A stretch of 64,000 bases of DNA, taken from Terriglobia bacterium (GTDB taxonomy: Bacteria > Acidobacteriota > Terriglobia > Acidiferrales > 2-02-FULL-67-57). The translations under genes were made by a program, and so were the position numbers. Under the pieces are notes generated by a model. The model was not told where the DNA came from. It saw only the letters and a program-made list of their open reading frames with translations, and did not search any database. Positions 9,545-20,157 of this stretch are shown here, in pieces (the first letter of the stretch is position 1; every line of letters begins with the position of its first letter). The DNA lies in contig JBHHYS010000001.1 of NCBI GenBank assembly GCA_046757645.1, positions 33,793 to 97,792 of the forward strand, read 5' to 3'.

Positions 9545-10831
9545 ATGAGAAGAGGAATGGCGACGACACCTCGGGTTTCCTGTGACATCAAAGATGCGGC
9601 GCTCGCGGAGCGTGGCCGGGTGCGCATCGAATGGGCCGACCAGCAGATGCCCGTGCTCAATCGCATTCGCCAGCGCTTCCGCCAGGAGCTCCCCCTGAAA
9701 GGTCTCCGCATCGCAGCCTGTCTGCACGTCACCAGCGAAACCGCCAACCTGGCCATTACCCTGCGGGCGGGCGGTGCCGAGGTTGCGCTCTGCGCCTCCA
9801 ACCCTCTCAGCACCCAGGACGATGTCGCCTCCGCCCTGGTGGGCGACTTTTCCATCCCGGTGTTCGCCATCCGGGGAGAAGACAACCCCACCTACTACTC
9901 GCACATCAACGCCACCCTCGACATCCAACCCCACCTCACCCTGGATGATGGAGCCGATCTGGTGAGCACTGCCCTCACTCGGCGCACCGATGCCCTGGCC
10001 CAAATCCGCGGCGGCACCGAAGAGACCACCACCGGCGTGGTGCGCTTGCGCAGCATGGGGCAGCAGGGCGTGCTCCGCTACCCCATCATCGCCATCAACG
10101 ACGCCCCCACCAAGTACCTGTTCGATAACCGTTACGGCACTGGCCAGTCCACCATTGACGGGATCATCCGCGCCACCAACCTGCTCTTGGCCGGCCTCAC
10201 CATCGTGGTGGGCGGCTACGGTTGGTGCGGACGTGGCATCGCCCTGCGCGCACGGGGGTTGGGCGCGCACGTCATCGTCACCGAAGTGGATCCCACCCGG
10301 GCGCTCGAGGCGGCCATGGACGGCAATCGGGTCATGCCCATGGCGCAGGCGGCGAGCCTCGGCGACCTCTTTGTGACTGCCACGGGCGACAAGGGCGTGC
10401 TGCGGGCCGAACACTTTGCGCAGATGAAGCACGGCGCCGTGCTCGCCAACTCCGGCCACTTTAACGTGGAGATCGATATCCCCGCCCTGGAGAAGATGGC
10501 TGCCAGCAAGCGCCGCAGCCGGGAATCGGTTGAGGAATACACCTTGCCGGACGGGCGAAAGATTTACCTGCTGGCGGAGGGTCGCTTGGTCAACCTGGGG
10601 AGCGCGGAGGGGCATCCCTCGTCGGTGATGGACATGAGTTTTTCCAACCAAGCGCTCTCGGTGGAATATCTGGCGCAGAACGCCGGGAAGCTCGAAAACA
10701 AGGTCTATCCCGTGCCGGCGGAAATTGACCGGCAGGTGGCGCGCTTGAAGCTGGAGGCGATGGGCATCGGCATCGACCAACTCACCCCCGAGCAGCAGCG
10801 CTACCTGAGCTCGTGGTCGGAAGGCACCTAA
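9545..10831 (+). CDS. ahcY: adenosylhomocysteinase
   Basis: [25 protein letters not shown]..., GGYGWCGRG (NAD site) and [13 protein letters not shown] 9557 is an alternative start. Confidence 0.97.
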   Translation: MRRGMATTPRVSCDIKDAALAERGRVRIEWADQQMPVLNRIRQRFRQELPLKGLRIAACLHVTSETANLAITLRAGGAEVALCASNPLSTQDDVASALVGDFSIPVFAIRGEDNPTYYSHINATLDIQPHLTLDDGADLVSTALTRRTDALAQIRGGTEETTTGVVRLRSMGQQGVLRYPIIAINDAPTKYLFDNRYGTGQSTIDGIIRATNLLLAGLTIVVGGYGWCGRGIALRARGLGAHVIVTEVDPTRALEAAMDGNRVMPMAQAASLGDLFVTATGDKGVLRAEHFAQMKHGAVLANSGHFNVEIDIPALEKMAASKRRSRESVEEYTLPDGRKIYLLAEGRLVNLGSAEGHPSSVMDMSFSNQALSVEYLAQNAGKLENKVYPVPAEIDRQVARLKLEAMGIGIDQLTPEQQRYLSSWSEGT

Positions 10832-10936
10832 GCAGCCGGCGGCACCACGGGCTGCTCTCCCTGATTTCACTCGCATGCGCTACAAACACAACTCCGGCCC
10901 TACAACCATGCGGGGTTGCGCCTGGCTGGATGAGCG

Positions 10937-12397
10937 ATGATGCGGGATTGGGCCCAGTGGGCACTCGATACCGCCGCCGCCCGCGGCGCCACCTACGCCG
11001 ACGTACGGGTGCTCGACACCCGCCAGCGCACCCTCTCGACCAAGAACGGCAAGGTGGGAACGCTGGCGGAGAGCGAGTCGCTCGGCTTGGGCGTGAGGGT
11101 GATTGCCGAGGGGGCCTGGGGTTTCGCCGCCACCGACCGCTTGACCCGGGAGCCGATTGATGCCACCGCAGCCCGGGCGGTCGCGCTGGCCCGCGCCAGC
11201 GCCCGGGTCAAGAAGAAGGATGTGGCCTTGGCGCCGGAAGAGAAGATCACCGCTTTCTGGCAAACGCCCATCGAGAAAGACCCCTTCGCCGTGCCGCTCG
11301 AGGAAATGATGAAGCTGCTGTTTCGGGCGGACGAAGAGATGCGCCGCGTGCCGGGGCTCACCCTGGCGGAGACCTCCATGGCCTTCAGCCGCCAGGAGCA
11401 ACTCTTTGCCAGCACCCTGGGGAGTGAGATTCGGCAGGTGAAGGTGATCTCCGGCGCGGGCTTGGTTGCCACTTCCTTTGCCCACAACGAAATCCAAAGA
11501 CGTAGCTACCCGAACTCCTTCGGCGGCCAGTACGCCAGCGCCGGCTACGAGCTGATTGAGCGCCTCCAACTGGTGGAGAATGCCCGGCGGGCGGCGGAGG
11601 AAGCCGTGGCGCTGCACAAAGCCGACCAGTGCCCGAAAGGTCGGCGGACGCTGATTCTGGACAGCTCCCAGCTCGCCCTGCAGATCCACGAGTCCATCGG
11701 GCACCCCATCGAACTCGACCGTGTCCTGGGCACCGAGGCCAACTTCGCCGGCACTAGTTTTCTCTCCCTGGACCAGCTCGGCCGCCTACAGTACGGCTCT
11801 GAAATCGTCAACGTGGTGGCGGACGCGCGCCTGGAGCACGGTCCCGGTCTGGGCACCTTCGGCTACGACGACGAAGGCGTACCGGCGCAGTGCATCGACA
11901 TCATCAAGGACGGCCGCTTTCTCGGCTACCTCAGCTCGCGGGAAACCGCGCCGGTCATCGGCCTCGCCCGCTCCGGCGGCACCGTGCGCGCCCAAAGCTG
12001 GAACCGCATTCCTCTGATTCGCATGACCAACGTCAGCCTGCTACCCGGACGCTGGAAGCTCGCCGACCTGATCGCCGATACCGACGACGGGCTTTATCTG
12101 GAAACCAACCGCAGCTGGAGCATTGACGACCGGCGCTACCATTTCCAGTTCGGCACGGAAATCGCCTGGGAGATCAAAGCGGGGAAGAAGACCCGTATGC
12201 TGAAGAACCCCTCCTACAGTGGCATCACCACCGAGTTCTGGAACAGTTGCGACGCCATCGCCCACCGCGACTACTGGACCCTGTGGGGCACCCCCAACTG
12301 CGGCAAAGGTCAGCCCATGCAAACCATGGGCACCGGCCACGGCGCCGCCCCCGCGCGCTTCCGCAATGTGCACGTTGGAGTGGCCTATGCTCAGTGA
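10937..12397 (+). CDS. tldD: TldD family metalloprotease
   Basis: 486 aa, with HESIGHPIELD (HExxxH) and the conserved C-terminal GGxxxGxG-type region of TldD/PmbA proteins. Confidence 0.9.
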   Translation: MMRDWAQWALDTAAARGATYADVRVLDTRQRTLSTKNGKVGTLAESESLGLGVRVIAEGAWGFAATDRLTREPIDATAARAVALARASARVKKKDVALAPEEKITAFWQTPIEKDPFAVPLEEMMKLLFRADEEMRRVPGLTLAETSMAFSRQEQLFASTLGSEIRQVKVISGAGLVATSFAHNEIQRRSYPNSFGGQYASAGYELIERLQLVENARRAAEEAVALHKADQCPKGRRTLILDSSQLALQIHESIGHPIELDRVLGTEANFAGTSFLSLDQLGRLQYGSEIVNVVADARLEHGPGLGTFGYDDEGVPAQCIDIIKDGRFLGYLSSRETAPVIGLARSGGTVRAQSWNRIPLIRMTNVSLLPGRWKLADLIADTDDGLYLETNRSWSIDDRRYHFQFGTEIAWEIKAGKKTRMLKNPSYSGITTEFWNSCDAIAHRDYWTLWGTPNCGKGQPMQTMGTGHGAAPARFRNVHVGVAYAQ

Positions 12398-13718
12398 GAC
12401 GCGCTGCCAGGAAATCTTCGAGACCATCCAGCGCGCCAGTTCAGCCGATGAAACCGAAGTGTTTCTGGCGGCGAGTGAGTCCACGCTGACGCGCTTCGCC
12501 AATAACATCATCCACCAAAACGTGGCTGAAGAGGGAATTGACGTCTCCGTCCGCGCGCTGGTGGAGGGTCGCACCGCCCGCGCCTCCACCAACAAGACGG
12601 ACGCGGCGGCGCTGGGTCGCGTAGCCGAACAGGCGGTGACCAGTGCCCGCTGGCAGCCGCGCGACCCTGACCTGCTGCCCCTGCCCGAACCGCAGTCCTA
12701 CCGCAGCCTAGACCGTTACTGCGAGCTGACAGCTCAGCTCACACCCCAGGCCCGCGCCCAGGCGGTCAAGAAGGTAGTGGAGCGCGCGGACCGAAACCAC
12801 CTCACCGCCGCCGGGGTCTTTTCCAACGGCAGCCTCACCCAGGCGCTGCTCAACTCCCGCGGCTTGTTCGCCTACCACCGGGAAACCAAGGCAGAGTTCT
12901 CCGTCACCTACCTGGATGGCGGCTCCGGCTGGGCGAAAGGCAACTTCACCCGCGCCAGCCAATTGGACGTTGAAAAGTTGGCGGCGCGTGCCTGCCAGAA
13001 GGCCCTCAAAAGCCGGGAGCCGAAAGAGATCCCCCCTGGACGCTACACCGTCATCTTGGAGCCCGCCGCGGTGCTCGATCTGGTGGGATTTCTCTTCTAC
13101 GACTTCGCCGGCACCGCGGTGCTCGATCAGCGCAGTTGCTTCACCCAGCAAATCGGAAAGAAGGTTTTCGGGGACAACATTTCCATTTGGGATGATGTCT
13201 ACCACCCTTTGCAAGCCGGAGCGCCCTGGGACGGCGAGGGAATGGCTCGCGGCGCCGTGCAATTGGTGGACCGCGGCGTGCTGAATAATCTGGTCTACGC
13301 CCGCCACACCGCCAAGAGGATGAACACCGATGCCACCGGGCACGGCCTGCTTCTGCCGAACGAGTGGGGCGAAGCACCGCTGAATCTGGTGTTTGCCGGC
13401 GGAACCACTTCGCTCGAGGCGATGATCCGCGCCACCGACCGCGGGGTGCTGGTCACGCGTCTGTGGTACATCCGCGAAGTCGACCCCTATGAGAAAATCC
13501 TGACCGGGATGACGCGGGACGGCACCTTCTACGTCGAAGCGGGCAAGATCCAACACCCCATTCGCAACCTGCGCTTCAACCAAAGCCTCAAAGAGATGTT
13601 GAATCAGGTGGAGGTGCTGGGCCCGGCGGTGCGGGCCGCCGGCGAGGAGTCCTTTGAGATGGTGGTCCCGGCGATGCGGGTGGCCAACTTCCACTTCACC
13701 GAAGTCACGAAATATTAG
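12387..13718 (+). CDS. pmbA: TldD/PmbA family protein (PmbA/TldE-like partner)
   Basis: ATG 12387 overlaps the tldD stop by 11 nt. MLSETRCQEIFETIQRA... resembles PmbA throughout. The upstream extension in the ORF track (from 12219) lies inside tldD. Confidence 0.85.
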   Translation: MLSETRCQEIFETIQRASSADETEVFLAASESTLTRFANNIIHQNVAEEGIDVSVRALVEGRTARASTNKTDAAALGRVAEQAVTSARWQPRDPDLLPLPEPQSYRSLDRYCELTAQLTPQARAQAVKKVVERADRNHLTAAGVFSNGSLTQALLNSRGLFAYHRETKAEFSVTYLDGGSGWAKGNFTRASQLDVEKLAARACQKALKSREPKEIPPGRYTVILEPAAVLDLVGFLFYDFAGTAVLDQRSCFTQQIGKKVFGDNISIWDDVYHPLQAGAPWDGEGMARGAVQLVDRGVLNNLVYARHTAKRMNTDATGHGLLLPNEWGEAPLNLVFAGGTTSLEAMIRATDRGVLVTRLWYIREVDPYEKILTGMTRDGTFYVEAGKIQHPIRNLRFNQSLKEMLNQVEVLGPAVRAAGEESFEMVVPAMRVANFHFTEVTKY

Positions 13719-13772
13719 AAACAGCGAGCCTATCCCGTCGCCTCTCGCCGACCGCGAGCGAATCAGGCTGAG

Positions 13773-14393
13773 ATGAATCGCTTCTTCACCTACCTGCACC
13801 GCCGGTCGCGCGAAAAAAAGTACTGGCTGTTCTGGGAGCTGCTCCAGCCCACGCCGGCAACGCGCATCCTCAACGTGGGCGCCAGCGGCCGCACAATCGG
13901 CCTGCAGGAGCAGTTCGAAACCTTCTATCCCCATTCTGCTCGGGTTGTGGGCGGCGGCCTCTCATTCGCCGACGTAGAGGACTATGCACGCAGCTTTGCC
14001 GAGGTGCGAGCCGTGGTGTTTGACGGCTGCGCGCTGCCCTTCGCCAACCAGTCCTTTGACATCGTGTATTCGAACGCGGTGCTCGAGCACCTCCCTACCT
14101 GGGAAGCCCAGCGGCAGTTTGCCGCCGAGGTGCGCCGCGTGGGCCGCAACTGGTTCGTCACCACACCCAATTTCTGGTATCCCATCGAAGCCCACTACCA
14201 TCTCCCCCTGGTGCAGTTTCTTCCCCACCACTGGCAGCGCGGGTTGGCGCGGGCCCTGGGCAAGACACCCTATCCGAGACTGCGGCTGCTCAGCGCGCGT
14301 CAATTGCGGCGGCTGTTTCCCGAGAGCCAGATTCTCGGCTGCCGGGTAACCTTTTATCCGGAGACGCTGGTGGCGGTGCGCCGGCTGACGTAG
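13773..14393 (+). CDS. class I SAM-dependent methyltransferase
   Basis: ILNVGASG (motif I) and FDIVYSNAVLEHL (Methyltransf_11-like). Confidence 0.8.
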   Translation: MNRFFTYLHRRSREKKYWLFWELLQPTPATRILNVGASGRTIGLQEQFETFYPHSARVVGGGLSFADVEDYARSFAEVRAVVFDGCALPFANQSFDIVYSNAVLEHLPTWEAQRQFAAEVRRVGRNWFVTTPNFWYPIEAHYHLPLVQFLPHHWQRGLARALGKTPYPRLRLLSARQLRRLFPESQILGCRVTFYPETLVAVRRLT

Positions 14394-14508
14394 CGCGAGC
14401 AAGTTCCCGTCCCACCAACCTGCCTGCCTGCTGCCCGCCTCCCGGCGGCGCAGGCTTCGCTCCCGACGGCGGAGGGACGGGGTTTGGTGCGATTGGGTTC
14501 GAACGGCA

Positions 14509-15540
14509 CTAAGGCGGGGGTTGACCCGGCAGGAATTCGAGGGTGCGGAAAACCTTGCGAAGAATAGCCTGCTGGAAACTACGGGTCTCGCCGGCCGCGG
14601 TCAGCCCCAGCAGAGTGTATTGCTGCCCGCCGCGGGCGAAGTAAACCGCCAGCCCGCTCCAGAATCGTCCTTCCGCCGAGCCGGTAAAACTGCGTTCCAC
14701 GGCCGGCAGGCCGGCCACCCTGGTCGGCCGGTCCTGGTCGCGGCGGTAATTTTCGTAGAGTCGCTGCAGGTTTCGTTCCGATTGGCGGATGTAGTCGGCC
14801 AGCTTCCCCTTGTAGGTTTCCCGTCCAATCAGCAGCAGCGTGGTTTCGTCGGGTGTCCCCAGCACGGCCACCAGAGGACTTTCGGGTTTGATGAGCTGAG
14901 GATAAGAGCGCCAGGTGGGCGGCTTGAACATCTGGAAACGATAGCTTTCGTTGACGTACTGGGTGCCGGTGAGGTGCTCGATAATCTTTTCCGGCCGTGC
15001 CAGTGCGGCTGGCAGGGCCGGGCGGCGGGCTTCTTTCCGCCGGGCTAGCGTTTCTCTTCTGGCGGGTTTCGGCTTGGGTCTCTCGGTAACCAGCTTGGCA
15101 GATTTCTTGCCCGAAGCCGGCGGCGCTTTCTCAGGCGTTGCTTTCGCCGCCGTTTCTTTCTTGGCAGGTTCGGGTTGAGCCTTCTCGGTAGCGAGTTTCC
15201 CCGGCTTCTTGGCAGCGCGCTTCGCGGGTTTTTGAGCCGAAGCCGGCGGGACTTTTTCGGGTACTCCTCTTGAGGGCCCGCGGGTCGCCGGCTTCTCCGC
15301 GGGCGACGTGACAAAGAGGATGCGGGCGATGCGGTCCTGGTAAATAATCGCAAAGCCGAAGCTGGTTTCCACCCGGAAGGCGCCGTTCTCGTAGCCCACG
15401 ATTTTGCCCACCAGCTTAGTGCTGTCTTTCAGGTAAAACTCTTCCGCGGCGGCGGGCGCCACGCTCAGAAAAAGTGTCGCGAGCGTCACGGTCAGAATTC
15501 TTGCAGCCGGTCGGGAAATCATTGTCCGAAAGTATGACAC
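14509..15540 (-). CDS. hypothetical secreted protein with internal Lys/Pro/Ala-rich tandem repeat
   Basis: Signal peptide, then two similar units: EKVPPASAQKPAKRAAKKPGKLATEKAQPEPAKKE and EKAPPASGKKSAKLVTERPKPKPARRE. Confidence 0.6.
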   Translation of the reverse strand: MSYFRTMISRPAARILTVTLATLFLSVAPAAAEEFYLKDSTKLVGKIVGYENGAFRVETSFGFAIIYQDRIARILFVTSPAEKPATRGPSRGVPEKVPPASAQKPAKRAAKKPGKLATEKAQPEPAKKETAAKATPEKAPPASGKKSAKLVTERPKPKPARRETLARRKEARRPALPAALARPEKIIEHLTGTQYVNESYRFQMFKPPTWRSYPQLIKPESPLVAVLGTPDETTLLLIGRETYKGKLADYIRQSERNLQRLYENYRRDQDRPTRVAGLPAVERSFTGSAEGRFWSGLAVYFARGGQQYTLLGLTAAGETRSFQQAILRKVFRTLEFLPGQPPP

Positions 15541-15577
15541 CGGGCGGCGGCGCTTGTAAAGCCGAACTCCGTCGGCA

Positions 15578-16474
15578 CTACTTCGATTGACAGAAGACGT
15601 AGCCGAGCACGCGGTAGATCAATTTGGCGGCCAGGAAGTCGGCGGCGTGCAATCCGGGCGTGGGCAGCAGTTCCACCACGTCCATGCCCACCAGGGTGCG
15701 CCGGCGCGCCACGATGCGCAGCAGGTGGGTAACCTGCTCCCAGCTCAGGCCGCCGGGTTCCGGAGTGCCGGTGGCGGGCATGATGGAGGGGTCCAGCCCG
15801 TCGAGGTCGAGGGTTAAATAGACGTGCGGCGAAAGAGCCGCCGCCACCTCCTCGGCCCATTGCGTTGCCGGGCGCTTAACAATGTCTTTCGCCCAGAAGA
15901 TTCGGGTGTTGAGCTTGGGAATCTCGGCGGCTTCCTCCTTCGACAGACTGCGGATGCCCACTTGCACGGCCGGGCAGGTCTCGAGCACACGCCGCAGGGC
16001 GCAGGCGTGGCTGGAGGGGTTGCCCTGGTAGCTCTCCCGCAGGTCGGCATGGGCATCGATCTGCAGCACGGTGAGGTCGGAGAACTTGCGCGCTGCTGCC
16101 GACACCGCCGCCGGCGTCAAACTGTGCTCGCCGCCCAGCAGGACGGGGAATTTGCCTTCCTCCAGGAGAGCCATAACCGTGGTGCGGATATGGGCCAGCA
16201 CGCTATCCAGCGAGCCCTCTTCAGTCTCCATCTCTTCCAGCGTGGCGATGCCGATGCGCGGGTAGGTTTCCCCGCCGAGCTCGTCGTCAAACGTTTCCAT
16301 GTTCCGGGACGCCTCGATGATGGCACCCGGACCCTTGCGGGTACCGCGAGCGTAGGTGGTGGTGCGTTCGAGCGGCACCGGCACCACCACCGCCCGTGCG
16401 CGTTCGTAGCGGGCGTACTCGTCTTCGATCCCCGCAAACCGAAAAGGCGGCGACGGCGGATAGCTTTTCAGCAT
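15578..16474 (-). CDS. speB: agmatinase (arginase/ureohydrolase family)
   Basis: GGEHSLT, QIDAHADLR and LTLDLDGLDP metal-binding motifs. ATG 16474 (MLKSYPP..) is preferred, but the ORF is open from 16513. Confidence 0.9.
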   Translation of the reverse strand: MLKSYPPSPPFRFAGIEDEYARYERARAVVVPVPLERTTTYARGTRKGPGAIIEASRNMETFDDELGGETYPRIGIATLEEMETEEGSLDSVLAHIRTTVMALLEEGKFPVLLGGEHSLTPAAVSAAARKFSDLTVLQIDAHADLRESYQGNPSSHACALRRVLETCPAVQVGIRSLSKEEAAEIPKLNTRIFWAKDIVKRPATQWAEEVAAALSPHVYLTLDLDGLDPSIMPATGTPEPGGLSWEQVTHLLRIVARRRTLVGMDVVELLPTPGLHAADFLAAKLIYRVLGYVFCQSK

Positions 16475-16619
16475 CGGTGCCCTTCTTTTAGCATCCCACG
16501 GCACGGCACACAAGTGCTGAGATTCGAGGACCTCGAAGAAATTTTTCGCTGAAAGGATTTTGCGCGCAGGTTATACTCTACCGGGCGAGATCAGAATCCA
16601 GCCAGCGAGGAACAGCAAA

Positions 16620-17744
16620 ATGAACAAACCGTCAGAAGACCGCGTGCGGCGACTGCACGACCCCGTGGAGGACAAGCTGACCCCCATCTACCCCATCGAC
16701 CTGAGCCAAATCCACTCCATTGATGACTTGGTGCGGGCCATGGGACGGACAGCCTTCACCGCCCGGCAGATCGGCGACGCCGCCGACGTGCTGGAGGTGA
16801 TGGCGCGCGACAACGACTGCCTGGTTGTCCTCACCCTTTCGGGGGCGCTGACGGTGGGCAAGATGGGCCTGATTATTTGCGACTTGATTGACAGCGGGCT
16901 GGTGAAGGCGGTGGTTTCGACGGGCGCGCTGATGGCGCACGGTCTGGTGGAAGCCACCGGCCGGGCGCACTTCCGGTACACCCCGGGCATGGACGACAAC
17001 GAACTCTTCTGGGCGGGCTACAATCGGGTGTATGACTCGCTGGAGCCGGAGGTGAACCTGGACAAGGTCGAAGCCGTGATCCAGACGGTGTTCGAGGAGT
17101 GGGAGGCGAGCGAGGCGGTAACCAGCTGGAAATTCAGCCAGCGCGTCGGCGACTTCCTGCGCCGCACCACTCCGGAGCGCGGCATTCTGAAATCCGCCTA
17201 CGAAAAAAAAGTGCCCGTCTACATCCCCGCCTTCACCGACTCCGAGATGGGCATCGACCTCGCTCTTCACAACCTCGCCCGCAGACAGAAGCGCCGACCC
17301 CCACTGAAGTTCGACGCCTTGGAGGACCTGGAGCATTTCACCACCACCCTGGTGACAGCGAAGCGGCTGGGGATTTTCACCGTCGGCGGGGGCGTCCCCC
17401 GCAACTGGGCTCAGCAGTTTGGGGTGTACGTGGAGTTGCGCCTGCGGCGCGGATACGACAACTTCGAGTTGAAGCGCTACCACTACGGAGTGCGCCTCTG
17501 TCCCGAGCCAGTGCACTGGGGCGGGCTCTCGGGCAGCACCTACTCGGAGGCTGTTTCCTGGGGCAAGTTCGTCCCGCCGCAGGAAGGCGGCCGCTTTGCC
17601 GAAGTCATGGAGGATGCCACCGTGGCTCTGCCCCTGGTGGCCGGAGCGGTGCTGCAACGCATCGGCTACCTGCCCCGGCGCACAACGGCGGAGGTGGAAA
17701 AGAAGACCGCGGGCGGCGCCGGGGTGCCAGCCCGGTCGCGCTAG
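16620..17744 (+). CDS. deoxyhypusine synthase family protein (bacterial DHS-like, possible homospermidine synthase)
   Basis: TLSGALTVGKMGLIICDLIDSGLVKAVVSTGALMAHGLVEATG is typical of the DHS family. ATG 16620 is preferred over 16560. Confidence 0.85.
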   Translation: MNKPSEDRVRRLHDPVEDKLTPIYPIDLSQIHSIDDLVRAMGRTAFTARQIGDAADVLEVMARDNDCLVVLTLSGALTVGKMGLIICDLIDSGLVKAVVSTGALMAHGLVEATGRAHFRYTPGMDDNELFWAGYNRVYDSLEPEVNLDKVEAVIQTVFEEWEASEAVTSWKFSQRVGDFLRRTTPERGILKSAYEKKVPVYIPAFTDSEMGIDLALHNLARRQKRRPPLKFDALEDLEHFTTTLVTAKRLGIFTVGGGVPRNWAQQFGVYVELRLRRGYDNFELKRYHYGVRLCPEPVHWGGLSGSTYSEAVSWGKFVPPQEGGRFAEVMEDATVALPLVAGAVLQRIGYLPRRTTAEVEKKTAGGAGVPARSR

Positions 17745-17758
17745 GGGGAACAGCAAAG

Positions 17759-17790
17759 GCGGGCGAAGGGTCAGTGCCCTTCCCGCTTAT
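17759..17790 (+). terminator. imperfect hairpin after the DHS-like gene
   Basis: GCGGGCGAAGGG-tcagtg-CCCTTCCCGC followed by TTATT, in a convergent intergenic region. Confidence 0.3.
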
Positions 17791-17868
17791 TCGGCGGAAT
17801 CTGAACTACAAGAAACCCCGAGAGTATCAGCTGTAGGAAATAATCAGACGGAACAAGTTGGAACGACC

Positions 17869-18420
17869 CTAGTCTTCCCCGAGCAGGATGGCCGCCGCCA
17901 GCACGGTGGTCCACAGGCCGCGCTTGTCGCCCACGGCTGATTGGGTGGTATTCATGGTGCGCACGATTTTGTTGGAGATGCGGTAGATCTCCTTCTTCTC
18001 GTCCCAGTTCAAGTCCGGATCGAATTCCACGTCCAGGGTGGTCGCCAACATTTCCGCCGCCAGCTCCTCGGCGTACTCGCCGGCGCGGTCTTCCGTTTCG
18101 CCGAAGGAGTGGTGTTCGGAAAGATAACCATACATTGATTTATCGGCCGGCAGCGCCAGCCCGATCGAAGCGGCGATCAACCGATGGGGTTCGCGGGTGG
18201 AGTTTTCGGTGAGCACCACAAAGGTGACCTGGCCGGGCCGGAGCCGCTTCAACCCCTCGGTGCGGGAAATCAGCTTGCAGTGAGGGGGGAAGATGCTGGA
18301 CACCCGGACAAGGTTGAAGGAGGCAATTCCGGCGGAGCGCAGGGCCAGCTCGAAACTGGAGAGCCGTTCGCGATGCTTTCCGACCCCCTTGGTCAGAAAG
18401 ATCTTCTTCGCAACGAACAT
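17869..18420 (-). CDS. pdaD: pyruvoyl-dependent arginine decarboxylase
   Basis: [12 protein letters not shown]...[11 protein letters not shown] contains the Ser-Ser self-cleavage site characteristic of PvlArgDC. Confidence 0.9.
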   Translation of the reverse strand: MFVAKKIFLTKGVGKHRERLSSFELALRSAGIASFNLVRVSSIFPPHCKLISRTEGLKRLRPGQVTFVVLTENSTREPHRLIAASIGLALPADKSMYGYLSEHHSFGETEDRAGEYAEELAAEMLATTLDVEFDPDLNWDEKKEIYRISNKIVRTMNTTQSAVGDKRGLWTTVLAAAILLGED

Positions 18421-18587
18421 TCTCTCCCGTCCACCCCGGCTCTGACCCCTAAGCGATGCGCGAGCGCGCTTTCCGCCACTCGATTCTTATCCGACAGACT
18501 CGCGCAGAAAAAAAACCGCGCCCACTATGCGGAAGAAGTCCACCGCTGTCAATCCCTTTTTCCCGCTCGGGAGCAAAAATCTCCGCC

Positions 18588-18616
18588 TTGACGCGCCGCG
18601 GGGTTTGTCCTAGAGT
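18588..18616 (+). promoter_or_regulatory. candidate sigma70-type promoter for glnA
   Basis: TTGACG (18588-18593), a 17-nt spacer, then TAGAGT (18611-18616), about 75 nt upstream of the glnA ATG. Confidence 0.4.
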
Positions 18617-18692
18617 GACACTACCACATGGGGGCGACAGCGAGCCGACACAACCGCTCGCGCATCCTTCTCCTCTCTGCCTGGGAGGCTCC

Positions 18693-20102
18693 ATGAAGCC
18701 CAAAGAAGTGTTGGAGTTTGCCGAGCGCCACAAGGCGCAAGTGGTGGACATTCGCTTCACCGATCTTCCCGGTCTCTGGCATCACCTCTCTTTTCCCACT
18801 CACGCGCTGGAGGAGAAATCCTTCGAAGACGGTTTTGGGATTGACGGCTCCAGCATTCGTGGTTGGGCAGCCATTCATGAAAGCGATATGTTGTTGGTGC
18901 CGGACCCGGACACCGCCTTCATGGATCCTTTCCGCGATGTGCCCACCTTGTGCATGATCGGCAACGTCATGGACCCCATCACCAAGCTGCAGTACCCGCG
19001 CGACCCCCGCTATGTGGCGAAGAAAGCGGAGGCCTATCTGGTTCACACCAGCGTGGCCGATGTCGCCTATTTCGGGGCGGAGGCGGAATTTTTTATTTTT
19101 GACAACATCCGCTTCGACCAGCGGGAGCAATGCGGCTTCTACTTCATCGATGCAGAAGAAGGGCGCTGGAATTCCGGCCGGGCGGAGCGCAACCTGGGCT
19201 ACCGACCCCGCTACAAGGAAGGCTACTTTCCCGTCCCCCCCACCGACCACTACCAGGACCTCCGCACCGAAATGGCCCTGGCGATGGAGCGCTGCGGGTT
19301 GCAGGTCGAATGCCACCACCATGAAGTGGCCACGGGGGGCCAAACCGAAATTGACTTTCGCTTTGCGCCCCTGGTGCGTGCCGGCGACAACCTGATGCTG
19401 TTCAAGTATGTGGTGCGGAACGTGGCGCATCAGTATGGCAAAACGGTGACCTTCATGCCCAAGCCGCTCTTCCAGGACAACGGTTCCGGGATGCACACCC
19501 ATCAGAGCCTGTGGCTGAAGAACAAACCCTTGTTTTCCGGGGAACTCTACGCCGGGCTGAGCCAAACGGCATTGTGGTACGTCGGGGGGTTGCTGAAGCA
19601 CGCCCCGGCGCTGGCCGCTTTTGTGGCTCCCACCACCAACTCCTACAAGCGCCTGGTGCCGGGCTTTGAGGCTCCGGTGAACCTGGCCTACTCCCGTCGC
19701 AACCGGAGCGCGGCGGTGCGCATCCCGATGTACTCGCCCAACCCGAAGACCAAGCGCATCGAGTTTCGCCCCCCCGACCCCACCTGCAACCCCTACCTGG
19801 CGTTTCCCGCCATGCTGATGGCCGGCTTGGACGGCATCGAGAACAAGATCGACCCGGGCGAGCCCCTCGACCGGGATATCTATGACATGAGCCCGGAGGA
19901 GTTGACGAACGTGCCGGCGCTGCCCGGTTCGCTCGAAGAGGCGCTGGGGGCACTGGAGCAGGACCACGAGTTTCTGCTGGAGGGCGACGTGTTCACCAAG
20001 GAAGTCATTGACCTCTGGGTCAGCTACAAGATGAAGAACGAGGTGCAGGCGATGAGGATGCGGCCGCACCCTTACGAGTTCGCTCTCTACTACGACGCCT
20101 AG
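18693..20102 (+). CDS. glnA: glutamine synthetase type I
   Basis: [27 protein letters not shown]..., [11 protein letters not shown] and [22 protein letters not shown] lies upstream of ATG 18693. The ORF-track start (18456) is an upstream extension. Confidence 0.95.
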   Translation: MKPKEVLEFAERHKAQVVDIRFTDLPGLWHHLSFPTHALEEKSFEDGFGIDGSSIRGWAAIHESDMLLVPDPDTAFMDPFRDVPTLCMIGNVMDPITKLQYPRDPRYVAKKAEAYLVHTSVADVAYFGAEAEFFIFDNIRFDQREQCGFYFIDAEEGRWNSGRAERNLGYRPRYKEGYFPVPPTDHYQDLRTEMALAMERCGLQVECHHHEVATGGQTEIDFRFAPLVRAGDNLMLFKYVVRNVAHQYGKTVTFMPKPLFQDNGSGMHTHQSLWLKNKPLFSGELYAGLSQTALWYVGGLLKHAPALAAFVAPTTNSYKRLVPGFEAPVNLAYSRRNRSAAVRIPMYSPNPKTKRIEFRPPDPTCNPYLAFPAMLMAGLDGIENKIDPGEPLDRDIYDMSPEELTNVPALPGSLEEALGALEQDHEFLLEGDVFTKEVIDLWVSYKMKNEVQAMRMRPHPYEFALYYDA

Positions 20103-20157
20103 CCCAGGCGCGCCTCGCCCCGGGGCGCGCTTCTGCAGTAGACTCCCCGGTAGGCCC

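Noticed and set aside
9521-10876. Very long antisense ORFs opposite well-conserved genes. Examples: 9521-10876 opposite ahcY, 18621-20330 opposite glnA, 24039-25709 opposite acnA, 12708-13934, 16632-17756, 47025-48626, 51099-52688 and 53341-54351.
   Set aside because: These are typical high-GC shadow ORFs. Their translations are Arg/Gly/Ala/Pro/His-rich low-complexity sequence with no recognisable motifs or RBS, while the opposite strand encodes unmistakable conserved proteins.
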